Shown here one piece after another: positions 56,401 to 64,000 of a stretch of DNA of 64,000 nucleotides (its first letter is position 1; every line of letters starts with the position of its first letter). The stretch covers positions 99,758,001 through 99,822,000 of the forward strand of contig OX597821.1 in assembly GCA_951406725.2 (NCBI GenBank). The letters run 5' to 3'. Both the position numbers and the translations under genes were made by a program. This DNA is from Octopus vulgaris. Taxonomy: Eukaryota. Under the pieces are notes generated by a model. The model searched no databases. It saw nothing but the letters and a program-made list of their open reading frames with translations, and had not been told where the DNA came from.

Positions 56401-59400
56401 TAGTGGTGTTCATGGGTTGGACTCTTAATTCTGAATAGGTCAATTCCTCTGGCATCAGGCAATTTATTATCTACCACTAAAAAGATAATTTCAAGATTGT
56501 CTAATGTCACAGGTGAAGAAATTGTCATTTCACCCTAATCACCTGAGTTTTGGTGTGATGTAATTACTTAATGAGCTTCTGCTTTGTGAAGACTTCACTT
56601 TCAATTATTTACCAATTTATTTATAATTGTAGCATAGTGGTGCCATGGTAAAATTTTACTACTCTCTCATTACTATTTTAGATTCTCTGCTTCTTTTGTG
56701 TTTCATGCCATGATGGAGCACAAAGATTTGCTGGTCACGACATACCGTTTTCATTCTCTAGTTCTATGTCAATATGGTAAACCATTGTTGACTATTAATT
56801 TCATCAGAAATGCTGTGGAACGGCTTAAATCCTTGGCTGGAATAGTTTCAAGGATTTGAGTAATGCATCATTGTTCATAGCTTACCATTTCCTCTCTAGT
56901 TCTAAGACTCCATGTATTTTTAAATATTGATCATGGTTATTTTTTACATCCAGTTTTATATTTAGTTTTCCACAGCAGCCTATTTGCATTAGACATTTGC
57001 CTACTGTTAGAACAACAGCAGCCTTAATATAAGCTGGTTGGTTATTGATCCTATTGTTGACCTCATAATCTAAATGTATGACAAGGCAGTAAACTGGGAC
57101 AAACAATAAATTGCCTTAACAACAGAAATGCTATAATTTAATGGAGTTTTCCTCTTCATGACTATGAGATCTATTCTGTGGTGCTGGAACCATGCACCAG
57201 CTATGCCTTTCTACAATCAGTTATATTGATTAATTGAAACAGTTGTAATCAGTTAATTTAAGCATGTATGTATATAAATTATATAAATTTATTCAATTTA
57301 CCAATAGCTCTCACTTGCGTGTGTATGCGTGTTGAGATGTAAAAATTTCTGAGTCATTGTAGATATCATCCTATTTGTTTGATTAGTAATATCTTAACTG
57401 TAACCAATAACCGATAACTTTTACTTAGTGTCTCTATGAGTATACCATGAACCATGTAAATATATTGACTTTTTTAGTATAGATTTCTGAACAATATTTT
57501 TTAAAGTAAAAATAACAATGAACTTCATCACAAGAATCCAACCACCCCTGCCCCTGCTGATTTAACAATAAACATATATCACACCATGTCATTAAAAGAA
57601 TTTAGTTTCTGTTCAGCTTTCCTTTTAAAAATTTTTTTCTTTTTTGTTTGTTTTTTTTTCAATGCATATCATTTTCTAACATTTTCACTCAAAACGTGAT
57701 GCCATATTGGGTTCATAAAAGAAGACAACTGATAGCATGTATCTGTGTGGAAATAGCTGTACACAATACTATTAACATTCCTTTTTATCATCATTATTAT
57801 TAACATTCATTTTATTTTCATTACCTATTTTACTAAATACATCTTTAGATTTCATAGATATGTCTTGATTTCTTTCTTTGAATTCCATAGCTATAACTTG
57901 TAGAGAAACCATTCCCTTTCTCTTTTTCTTTCTGTTTCTCTATATCAACACTCCTTTCTTTGATTCTTATCTTTCTCTCTCTCTCTCTCTTTACTGACGT
58001 CTTACTCTAACTACTTATACCCCCCCCCCCCATCTGTCTCATTCTTGCTTTTTCTTTTCTGTCTCTTTTTTCTGTACCCTCTTTGTTCTTCATTCTGTCT
58101 GCACCTTTGTGCCTATATATATGTATGTATATTATGTAAGGAGGTGGCTGTGGAAGAATTGTCAACATGTTCGACAAGAAGCTTAGTGGCATTTCTTCCA
58201 GCTCTTTACATCCTGAGTTAAAATCTTGTCGAGGTTAACTTTGCCCTTCTTGCTTTTTGGGTGGAGCTGATAAAACAAACATCAGTCATGTACTGAAGTC
58301 AAAATAATCAATTTGCCCCTCCCACCAAACTGGCTTGCCTTGAATCCTGCAACAGACAAATGTCTTGTTCAGGGGAAATATTGTGATCCTGGCCACTTGT
58401 AAGCCATGGAAATAAGTTGAGCCTGACGAGTCCTAGGGTTTGAGCAAAAAAGAGAAATATATATTATGTTCATAAGTCATAAGTCTGTAGCCATGCTGGG
58501 GCACCACCTTGAAATGTTTTTAGTCCATAAAGTCATCCCCACCTCCCATGACTTATTTCATGTCTGGTACTTGTCTTGTTATTCTCTTTTTCGTTGAACT
58601 GCTGAGTTCCTGAATTCATATACAAACCCACCACTTGTCAAGTAGTATAACACACACACACACACACACTCTCTCTCACACACACACATACAGGGAGGAC
58701 GGGCTTTTGCACAGTTTTCATCTATGAAATTCACTTGCAAAGCATTGGTTGGTCAGGGGCTATAGTAGAAGACCATTATCCAATGTGCTGCACATTGGGA
58801 CTGACTCAAAACCACACAGTTGCAAAGCAAACTTCTTCATCACAAAGTCATGTCTGCACCAACTACCAAGGAACAGCATATGTTGTATTCTGGCTGAGTC
58901 CACCATGCCCACCTCTGCCCAGGTTAGCACTAGAATCTATAGACATACATGCATAAACTGGATAGTGTTGACTGTCAGTCTTCACTGCAAATGATACATG
59001 ACTACAAGTCAGATTGTGCAAAGATATAACATAATTGAAAATATGGTTCTATGGCGGCATGTTTTGCTGTTCAGTGGACTATCTGCGTGCCTTAAAACTG
59101 ATCAGCCTTAGCTGACCAGGGTCTACCCCACATCAGTGATAACAACAACAATGATATAGATAAGGTCATCCATTTAAATAAAATTTAGTAACTGCGTATC
59201 TTGTCTGACCTTCCTCTGTGAAGTAAAAACACAAACCTCATACATGTGTGAAGCTCATACATGAGGCTTATACTCAAGGCTCATAAGTGAGACTCATATA
59301 TGAGGTTTATGCATAAGGGTTGTACATAAGGCCCATGCATGAGACTCAAGAAGCTCGTACATGAGATTTATGCATGAGGCTTGTACATATATGATTCCAC

Positions 59401-61205
59401 ATGAATATACCTTTCCATTAAAGAAAACTAGAAAAAGAGATATTTTTGTTAGAATTTTTTCTTTTATGCTGAAGATTTTCTATATTTTAGTAAACATTAT
59501 GCATTTGATTTTTAACCCATTAAATAAATTAACAGTATTATGTATATCTGAAAAAAGAAAAAAAAGGCCAAAAAAAAAGAAACCGAATATTTCTTTATAT
59601 TTCAAGTCTCTCAAATGTAGTAACTGTTTGAAATTTTAGCTACCGGAGTCTCTTTTGTCACTCACTTGGAAGAAAACAAAACTCAACTCTTTCTCTTTAG
59701 TTTCTTGTAGCACAGATAGCAAAAGGAGTTTGTAAATTAATTCATTACAAGTGCATTATTAACACTATACAGCTTCATTTTCAACTCTTTACAAATACTT
59801 GAATTCTATTAACCACCTTTTTCTTTTTTGCTTTGCTTGTCTTAGTTGCTTTTCTGCACTATTAATATAATATAACATAATATAATATGATATAATATAA
59901 TATATGTTAGATTGTGTAAATCAAATGAGGAAACAAAGTTTTCAATGTTTGTAGTAGAGTTTAATTATTAATTTATTGATTTACCTGGAAGTTAAAGCTT
60001 CACTTTGTCTCTGAGATTGCAAAGTGAGAAACTCAGAGCAGCAATTTGAAGCTTTAGTTTTCAGCAAAGGAAATTGTGAATGTGTGTGTGTGTGTGTTGG
60101 TATAAGACATTGTGGTGCAACTATTTTGGCGCTGACTATTTGGCATCACTGATTCAATGCTGACTTATTTGACATTAGATGTTTTAATGTTTCTCTCGTT
60201 CTCTCTCTCTCTCTCTCTCTCAGTATATTTCTCTTTATGTATATGAAGAAAGGGAAAGTGTTTGTCTCATTTATCTTTTTTTTTTATTCCTTTACTTGTT
60301 TCAGTCATTAGATTGTGGCCATGCTGGTGCACTGCCTTGAAGAATTTTTAGTCAAATGAATCAACCCCAGTACTTTTGTTTTTTTTTAAAGCTTGGTACT
60401 TATTCTATTAATCTCTTTTGCTGAACTGTCAAGTTATGGGGACATAAACACACCAACACTGGCTGTCAAGCAGTGGTGGAGGACAAACACAGACAGAAAG
60501 ACCCACCCCTCCCCATATATATATATAATATATATATGATGAGTTTGTTTTCATCAACCAAATCCACTCAAGGCTTTGGTCAGCCTGAGGCTATAGTAGA
60601 AGACACTTGCCCAAGGTGTCACACAGTGGGACCATAAATTGTAATGTCTCAATTTTTCTTTCTCTCTCTCTCTCTGTATGTGTATACTTCTGCATGTATA
60701 TACATATTTGTGTGTTTGTGTGTGTGTGTGTGTGTCTGTGTTTATCTATACTGCCAAAACAGGCTGAATGTCCAGTCAACCATGCCAAATTGTCAGCATC
60801 CAAAGAGCTGTACTAATTGCCTCATTCTATGTGTGTTTGTGTGTGTATTTTACAAAGAGTTACATGATGCTATAATGGTAAAGTGTTTTAAACATCCTTT
60901 TAAATATTTGTTAATTTGCTAAGCTTTAACATTTTCATATCATAATAATGTAATTTGTAAACCGAAGAAAAAAAAGAACGAAATCCTGCAAACTATTAAT
61001 TAAGTAACGTCGTTAATTTCTTTGCTTTGCTATGCTGCTTTGTCCTCTAGCGCATGATTGTTATTGTAGAAAAAAAAAAGTCCTGTGAAGCACAATACGT
61101 ATACATATGCCCTGTGACAATATGTGTGCAAATGAACAACTCCATCCTACTTGTGTTTCAGGTAAATATTCAGTGGAGCCTGACCCCGACGCAAAGTACA
61201 CCTAA
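470..61205 (+). CDS. FCHO2: F-BAR domain only protein (FCHO1/2-SGIP1 muniscin family), 5' end outside window; multi-exon
   Basis: Hand-spliced exons join in consistent phase. The peptide matches recalled FCHO2/SGIP1 segments: F-BAR (TLEVVQSIQ..., [19 protein letters not shown]), linker ([29 protein letters not shown]) and mu-homology domain ([51 protein letters not shown]). Confidence 0.95.
3189..3269 (+). CDS. FCHO2: FCHO exon, F-BAR: [27 protein letters not shown]
   Basis: ttgtag| ... |gttggt; 81 nt, phase 0-0. Confidence 0.92.
6079..6575. mobile_element. Fold-back element family A copy 1: tRNA-like head + hammerhead-bearing Penelope-type terminal repeat, head-to-head
   Basis: Inverted arms of about 230 bp around 6311-6324; B box GAGTTCGATTCC (rc 6255-6266); CTGATGA at 6455-6461 and GAAA at 6483-6486; unpaired 3' extension 6541-6575. 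Confidence 0.8.
6802..6826 (+). CDS. FCHO2: FCHO 25-nt microexon: AESKFRKA
   Basis: ttttag| ... |gttagt; needed to link the phase-0 and phase-1 neighbours; resembles recalled vertebrate AAVKSKKA. Confidence 0.85.
7362..7560. mobile_element. Fold-back element family B in (TA)n with hammerhead-like motif
   Basis: Perfect 64-bp inverted arms 7362-7425 / 7429-7492 plus 3' extension to about 7560, with (TA)n on both sides. Confidence 0.75.
7377..7432 (-). ncRNA. Type I hammerhead-like motif, atypical weak stem II
   Basis: rc reads AGGAGCTTC-CTGATGA-TTTC(tttt)GAAT-GAAACAG(ttctagtc)CTGTA-GAAGCTCCT. Confidence 0.6.
8022..8408 (-). mobile_element. tRNA-derived SINE family 3 (others near 2420-2670, 18045-18340, 41158-41450)
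   Basis: rc head TGGCCCAGTGGTTAGG...GGTTTCAATTCCC; shared body GTGGAGTGCTCAGCCAC. Confidence 0.8.
8460..8869 (+). mobile_element. Probable non-autonomous Helitron
   Basis: 3' imperfect hairpin CCGGGTGAAACTGG followed by CTAG|T at 8866-8870; 5' boundary approximate in (TA)n. Confidence 0.45.
9505..9584 (+). CDS. FCHO2: FCHO exon, F-BAR: (N)[26 protein letters not shown]
   Basis: gtcag| ... |gtaagt; 80 nt, phase 1-0. Confidence 0.92.
9680..10282 (+). mobile_element. Decayed Penelope-like element (linker + GIY-YIG endonuclease remnant)
   Basis: Interrupted peptides [63 protein letters not shown]...[12 protein letters not shown] occur in the order of recalled Penelope C-terminal motifs (KIFNRNxxKxSYSC; CNCxxxxxCPL; YIGxTxxxFKxRxxxHxxSF; EKLxI..LNKRSEL..CRH). 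Confidence 0.7.
10677..11170. mobile_element. Fold-back element family A copy 2
   Basis: Same sequence and same symmetry centre as 6079-6575; A box TAGCATAGTGG at 10909-10919; hammerhead motif on rc 10701-10745. Confidence 0.8.
11273..11804 (+). mobile_element. Internally deleted mariner transposon
   Basis: Imperfect TIRs of about 30 bp with TA flanks; decayed [35 protein letters not shown] motifs. Confidence 0.85.
12683..12800. repeat. (ATT)n microsatellite
   Basis: Direct inspection. Confidence 0.95.
14010..14830. repeat. Degenerate minisatellite of about 21 bp (GTTTCTACTGAGCCAGTCCTT-like), interrupted by a SINE at 14440-14736
   Basis: Recurrent CTACTGAGCCAGT/CTGCTGAGCCAG units on both sides of the SINE TSD. 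Confidence 0.6.
15716..15814 (+). CDS. FCHO2: FCHO exon, F-BAR: [33 protein letters not shown]
   Basis: tttcag| ... |gtgagc; 99 nt, phase 0-0. Confidence 0.92.
16040..16165 (+). mobile_element. CR1-like LINE 3' coding fragment
   Basis: [22 protein letters not shown]...RAATSNS resembles the recalled invertebrate CR1 ORF2 end FKxxLDxFLxxVPDEP...RAAxSNS. Confidence 0.6.
16804..16900 (+). CDS. FCHO2: FCHO exon, F-BAR end: [32 protein letters not shown]
   Basis: tgccag| ... |gtgagt; 97 nt, phase 0-1. Confidence 0.92.
16989..17340 (-). mobile_element. RTE-tail non-autonomous repeat with tandem GC-rich units of about 60 nt (others near 1315, 20280, 32765, 43125, 51497, 52100, 55010)
   Basis: Same tail as 37890-38190; repeated GGCACGTAAAAAGCACC units; (CAT)n end. 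Confidence 0.8.
18545..18771 (+). mobile_element. tRNA-derived SINE family 1 (representative; further copies near 2902, 3805, 14440, 14988, 16213, 30750, 30944, 34213, 34868, 35850, 36057, 40703, 51029, 52627, 58140)
   Basis: GAGCTGGCAGAA A-box-like, GAGTTCAAATTCC B box, conserved core GCCTTTCATCCTTTCGGGGTCGATAAA; 13-18 bp TSDs, e.g. 18527-18541/18776-18790 and 40685-40702/40925-40942. Confidence 0.9.
20827..20934 (+). CDS. FCHO2: FCHO exon: (G)[35 protein letters not shown]
   Basis: ttgtag| ... |gtaaag; 108 nt, phase 1-1; continues the conserved RPG..EF motif. Confidence 0.88.
23643..23729 (+). CDS. FCHO2: FCHO linker exon (possibly cassette): (D)[28 protein letters not shown]
   Basis: ttgcag| ... 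|gtaata; 87 nt, phase 1-1, GC-rich island in AT-rich intron. Confidence 0.7.
25143..25366. mobile_element. pogo/Tigger-like MITE
   Basis: TA-CAGCAATTCCTTG... / ...CAAGGAATTACTG terminal inverted repeats, AT-rich interior. Confidence 0.65.
26032..26253. mobile_element. piggyBac-like MITE
   Basis: TTAA on both sides; TIR CCCTTTCGTTAC / GTAACAAAAGGG. Confidence 0.75.
27480..27539 (+). CDS. FCHO2: Candidate FCHO cassette exon: (D/Y)[19 protein letters not shown]
   Basis: Long pyrimidine tract + aacag| ... |gtatgt; 60 nt, phase 1-1, open frame. Confidence 0.55.
30633..30705 (+). CDS. FCHO2: FCHO basic linker exon: (W/G)[23 protein letters not shown]
   Basis: tggcag| ... |gtaagt; 73 nt, phase 1-2. 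Confidence 0.85.
32132..32540 (-). mobile_element. tRNA-derived SINE family 2 with internal (TA)n(TG)n microsatellite (representative; others near 860, 5350, 11810, 13397, 15870, 19280, 33073, 34620, 37177, 41607, 50283, 58480, 60290)
   Basis: TGGCTGTGTGGTAAG / GGGTTCAGTCCC boxes, CCTTGGGCAAGTGTCTT core, tail GACTGAAACAAGTAAAAGAG, many near-identical copies. Confidence 0.9.
32546..32740. mobile_element. Degenerate fold-back element family D with decayed hammerhead remnant
   Basis: Imperfect arms of about 63 bp (32546-32608 / 32623-32685); GGCC-AAAAC-TTCGAA-GTC (GAAAC with CpG decay, palindromic stem III). Confidence 0.5.
33858..33879 (+). CDS. FCHO2: FCHO 22-nt microexon: (Q)ETTSSNG
   Basis: poly-T + ctacag| ... 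|gtaagt; converts phase 2 to phase 0 as the neighbours require. Confidence 0.8.
34140..34197 (+). CDS. FCHO2: FCHO exon: [19 protein letters not shown], ends at a U12-type donor
   Basis: tattag| ... |GTATCCTT; conserved DEEGYS motif. Confidence 0.88.
34198..36535 (+). other. U12-type (minor spliceosome) intron, probably GT-AG subtype, phase 1
   Basis: 5' site GTATCCTT at 34198; branch site TCCTTAAC at 36510-36517; in-frame AG at 36534-36535, about 19 nt downstream; no in-frame U2-type acceptor nearby. Confidence 0.85.
35080..35630. repeat. Unclassified interspersed repeat of about 550 bp bounded by (ATT)n (partial copies 2070-2295 and 31155-31560)
   Basis: Three homologous copies in the window, each abutting ATT/AAT tracts. 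Confidence 0.75.
36536..36577 (+). CDS. FCHO2: FCHO exon: (Y)[13 protein letters not shown]
   Basis: U12 acceptor (exact position slightly uncertain), donor CAG|gtaatg; acidic-Ser motif like recalled FCHO2 SSSDSDSE. Confidence 0.8.
37430..38190 (+). mobile_element. 5'-truncated RTE-clade LINE with 3' tail ending (GAT)n, nested in a SINE microsatellite
   Basis: Open C-terminal ORF ([42 protein letters not shown]) then the AGGAAGGGCATCCAGC...GGACGTTAAACGATGATG tail. Confidence 0.92.
40981..41117 (+). CDS. FCHO2: FCHO exon, AP2-activator region: [46 protein letters not shown]
   Basis: ttgtag| ... |gtaagt; 137 nt, phase 1-0; NAGNAG acceptor (tagAAG). Confidence 0.92.
42188..42255 (+). CDS. FCHO2: FCHO exon: [22 protein letters not shown]
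   Basis: tttcag| ... |gtgagt; 68 nt, phase 0-2; NAGNAG acceptor (cagAAG). Confidence 0.88.
43834..44009 (+). CDS. FCHO2: FCHO exon: (D)[25 protein letters not shown]...TTTLSSS
   Basis: ttgtag| ... |gtaagt; 176 nt, phase 2-1, open. Confidence 0.87.
44989..45182 (+). CDS. FCHO2: FCHO Pro-rich exon: (N)ASDAAITSQ...[14 protein letters not shown]; alternative in-frame donor after 45422
   Basis: ttacag| ... CAG|gtgagt; phase 1-0; PPRPPSR motif. Confidence 0.87.
45560..47450 (-). mobile_element. Old, heavily decayed RTE LINE fragment
   Basis: rc remnants AFVDLEKA (about 46716-46739), [23 protein letters not shown]; boundaries approximate. Confidence 0.75.
47942..48144 (+). CDS. FCHO2: FCHO exon, start of mu-homology domain: [10 protein letters not shown]...[36 protein letters not shown]
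   Basis: tgtcag| ... |gtaagt; 203 nt, phase 0-2. Confidence 0.95.
48185..48866 (-). mobile_element. 5'-truncated RTE/RTE-X-like LINE C-terminal fragment
   Basis: ORF 48366-48866: [33 protein letters not shown]; continues through stops to RGRKKTT. Confidence 0.85.
49761..50186. mobile_element. Fold-back element family C in (TA)n with hammerhead ribozyme in each arm
   Basis: Apparently perfect 168-bp arms 49848-50015 / 50019-50186, one-sided extension 49761-49847, (TA)n flanks. Confidence 0.8.
50047..50089 (+). ncRNA. Minimal type I hammerhead ribozyme motif (mirror copy on - strand at 49945-49987)
   Basis: CCAC-CTGAAGA-TTGTC(gatcaa)GACAA-GAAAC(gatt)GTA-GTGG: stems I, II, minimal III and the full catalytic core. 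Confidence 0.8.
50776..50931 (+). CDS. FCHO2: FCHO muHD exon: [51 protein letters not shown]
   Basis: tttcag| ... |gtaagt; 156 nt, phase 2-2. Confidence 0.95.
53078..53210 (+). CDS. FCHO2: FCHO muHD exon: (Q)[44 protein letters not shown]
   Basis: tttcag| ... |gtagat; 133 nt, phase 2-0. Confidence 0.95.
54560..54762 (+). CDS. FCHO2: FCHO muHD exon: [20 protein letters not shown]...MQSIPSGN(W)
   Basis: ttccag| ... |gtacag; 203 nt, phase 0-2. Confidence 0.95.
55270..55499 (+). CDS. FCHO2: FCHO muHD exon: [11 protein letters not shown]...[13 protein letters not shown]
   Basis: caccag| ... CAG|gttcgt; 230 nt, phase 2-1. Confidence 0.95.
61162..61205 (+). CDS. FCHO2: FCHO terminal coding exon: [14 protein letters not shown]
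   Basis: tttcag| then in-frame GKY (cf. recalled SGIP1/FCHO2 G[KR]YL end), TAA at 61203-61205; 3' UTR follows with AATAAA at 62034 and 63127. Confidence 0.85.
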
Positions 61206-62482
61206 CGTATTTCTTTCAACCCCGTTTTTGACTAACATCGCTGTGGCTAGTTGGTTCCGTTATATCAACCTTGGCTACTCCTTTACCTTGCTGGCCCAGT
61301 TTTCCCTCCTTTTTTTTGTCTTCTCTGTGTTACCTAGCAGGAACGTGGGGGCTGTGCCAGGCATGACCTTCACTCCCTCCCAGAGAAACTGGAATAGCCA
61401 ATGACATCAACAGAAAGCTTACTTCTATCTCCACCAACACTACTACCATCACAACCACCACCACCACCACTACCATCAATGTCATCACCACTACTACCAT
61501 GAATACTATGACCACTACCACCATCACTACGACCACCATGATAATTGCAATTATTATTACTTCTTTTTGATTTTGATAACTCAGAACAAAAGTTAAATAT
61601 TTACAATAACGATTAACAAACTGTTAAGGACTTTGTTAGAGAGAAATATGTATCTAGTCCTTTACCTGAGCTCCTATTTATTCGGCATCTTTGCGGCTGT
61701 TTTGGGGACAGCTGCAGTTACAGCTCTTTAAAACGACTGTTTTTCTTGGAAGCTGTATTTTATAAATTGACTTAACTGGAGGATGTAGCCATAATCTTCC
61801 TCGTCGATATTGAATCCATGTTATTTTCAAAGGAAAAAAAAAAACACAACGCAAAAACGATACAAAATGAAACAGACAAAAAAAAAAGAGAAAGAAAGGA
61901 AGAGAAGAAAGCACAAAAATTAAGCTTGAAAAATACAACAACAACAGCAAACATGAAGAAGACATCTACAAAAAACATTCTACTTTCCTCCATCCCCCAC
62001 CATCAGCTGGTAATTAAAAGTTCTAATGACTGCAATAAATAAACAATTATTTATACATTTCTGGGGGAAGACAGTTTGTTTGACAAGCTGTGTGACTCTG
62101 ATGTGTGAGGTGGACGATATGGAGTTCAGCACGTGTGTGTGAATGTGTGTGTGTATATGTATGTGTTTATATATATATACATACACACACACACACACAC
62201 ACACATACATATACACACACATATATATATATATATAACATATGCATGCATGCATATACATGAATGCAACCCGCAGAGACATTTGTCAGAGTCTCCACTT
62301 TTTTTTTTTTTTTTCAAATTGTTAATGATGATTCAAACCTGGTAAGTATGAGATAGACTGTGGAAGCAAGAGAAAGACTATTGTGTCAAAGCTAAAGCAA
62401 ACAATCGTTATGAAACATTAGCCTCATTAAAGGCGATGATGTTATATTATTAAAATGGGCACTGAACTCAAGGCATAAACAT

Positions 62483-63033
62483 TTGTATGTATATATGTAT
62501 GTATGTATGTATGTATGTGTATGTATGTATGCATATATGTATGTATGTATATATGTATGCATATATATATATGCATATATATATGTATATATATATGTAT
62601 GTATGTATATATGTATGCATATATATATATGCATATATATATGTATATATGTATGCATATATATATGTATATATGTATGCATATATATATGTATATATGT
62701 ATGTATGTATATATGTATGCATATATATATGCATATATATATGTATATATGTATGCATATATATATGTATATATGTATGCATATATATATGTATATATGT
62801 ATGCATATATGTATGTATATATATATATATATATGCATATATGTATGTATATGTTTGCATATATATATGTATGCATATATGTATATGTATGTAAATATGT
62901 ATATATATATAAATGTATGTATGTGTATATGTGTATGTACGTATGTATATATACATATATGTGTATGTACGTATGTATATATACATATATGTATGTGTAT
63001 GTATGCATATATATGTATATAATGTATATGTAT
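62483..63033. repeat. Compound (TA/TG/ATGC) microsatellite downstream of the stop codon
   Basis: About 550 bp of ATGTATGCATATATAT-like higher-order units; source of the spurious YI/MC ORFs. Confidence 0.95.
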
Positions 63034-64000
63034 CAAGATTCTTTTGCCTATGTTGACATTGCTTGAAGCATAAACTGGTAGTGGATCACACCCTCAGCTC
63101 CTCCCACTCCACATATTTAAAATTCAAATAAATAAAGAATTCATTGGATGCAGATCCTTTAATTGTTAGGATCATGGATAGAACGAAAGTCATATGACCT
63201 GACTCTGCAAAATTCCCTCTTTTCTTTTTTTGTTATTTTATATTTTGTTGAAAAAAGAAATCAGAAACAAGAAATTGCCTCTCCTCATTTATTTATAAAT
63301 ATTATGTTTTTTTTTTTTATTAAGGGATAATAACTTGAAGTGTAAAACTGGGTTCTTATCAAGCTACATTTAAATAATGATAACGATTATATAATGGCAT
63401 AGCTGTAATATGTGTTACCCAGGGCAATCCTTGGGTTTGTTGACCCCCTCCTCACTGGGGCCAATACAGCTTATACAGGCTTATATTGCCGATCCAAAAA
63501 TGCCTCCCTTACTATACTACTGTGTTTATTATATAAAGATAATAATAACAAATAGCTTACAATTGAAAAGCTTACAATTTCCTTTGAGAGGGTCTTATAT
63601 ATATTTCTTTCATTACTTCGACTGTGTTGGAGAACTAGTCATTGAATATCTAATTACTGTTGGTAGATATCACTAAAGTTCTTATTGAAATCAGAGTTAT
63701 AAAGGAATAAAGGATGTGAGAGATTAAATAAAATGCTTAAATGGGGACCATCAATGGACTACAATGACGCTTGCTAAGTTGCTTTTCCTCATTCACTTTG
63801 CCCTCCTGATTTTTCCATTTTGCTTTTCATAACAGACCAAAAGAAAATCTCTGCTCTTTATTTTGCTTGTCTACCTCTTTTTCATTCACTGCCTTTATGT
63901 GTATGTATGTATATATATATATATATATATGTATGTATATATATTATATATATATCTACTTTATCATGTTTGATAATACTTTTGAAATGACAGTTATCTG

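Noticed and set aside
61054-61404. 116-aa ORF overlapping the last exon
   Set aside because: Different frame from the spliced GKY terminus; runs through intron and UTR.
62392-63066. Long ORFs of 135-214 aa in several frames
   Set aside because: Translations of a compound TA/TG microsatellite; no coding signal.

Overview
AT-rich, microsatellite- and SINE-dense eukaryotic DNA; the repeat families look like an octopod cephalopod (Octopus sp., inferred from recall, not a search). The whole window is the 3' part of one + strand gene, an FCHO1/2 (muniscin) homolog. I reconstructed 22-23 coding exons by hand from 470 to the stop at 61205, covering the second half of the F-BAR domain, the linker with the AP2-activating region, and the mu-homology domain. 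The gene has two microexons, a U12-type (minor spliceosome) intron at 34198-36535, and several apparent alternative-splicing options. Introns hold tRNA-derived SINEs, RTE/CR1 LINE fragments, mariner/pogo/piggyBac/Helitron derivatives and a decayed Penelope (GIY-YIG) element. The most striking unannotated signal is a set of sequence-unrelated fold-back (palindromic) elements, several sitting in (TA)n tracts, whose arms carry type I hammerhead ribozyme motifs of the Penelope/retrozyme kind. One family couples a tRNA-like Pol III head to the hammerhead.
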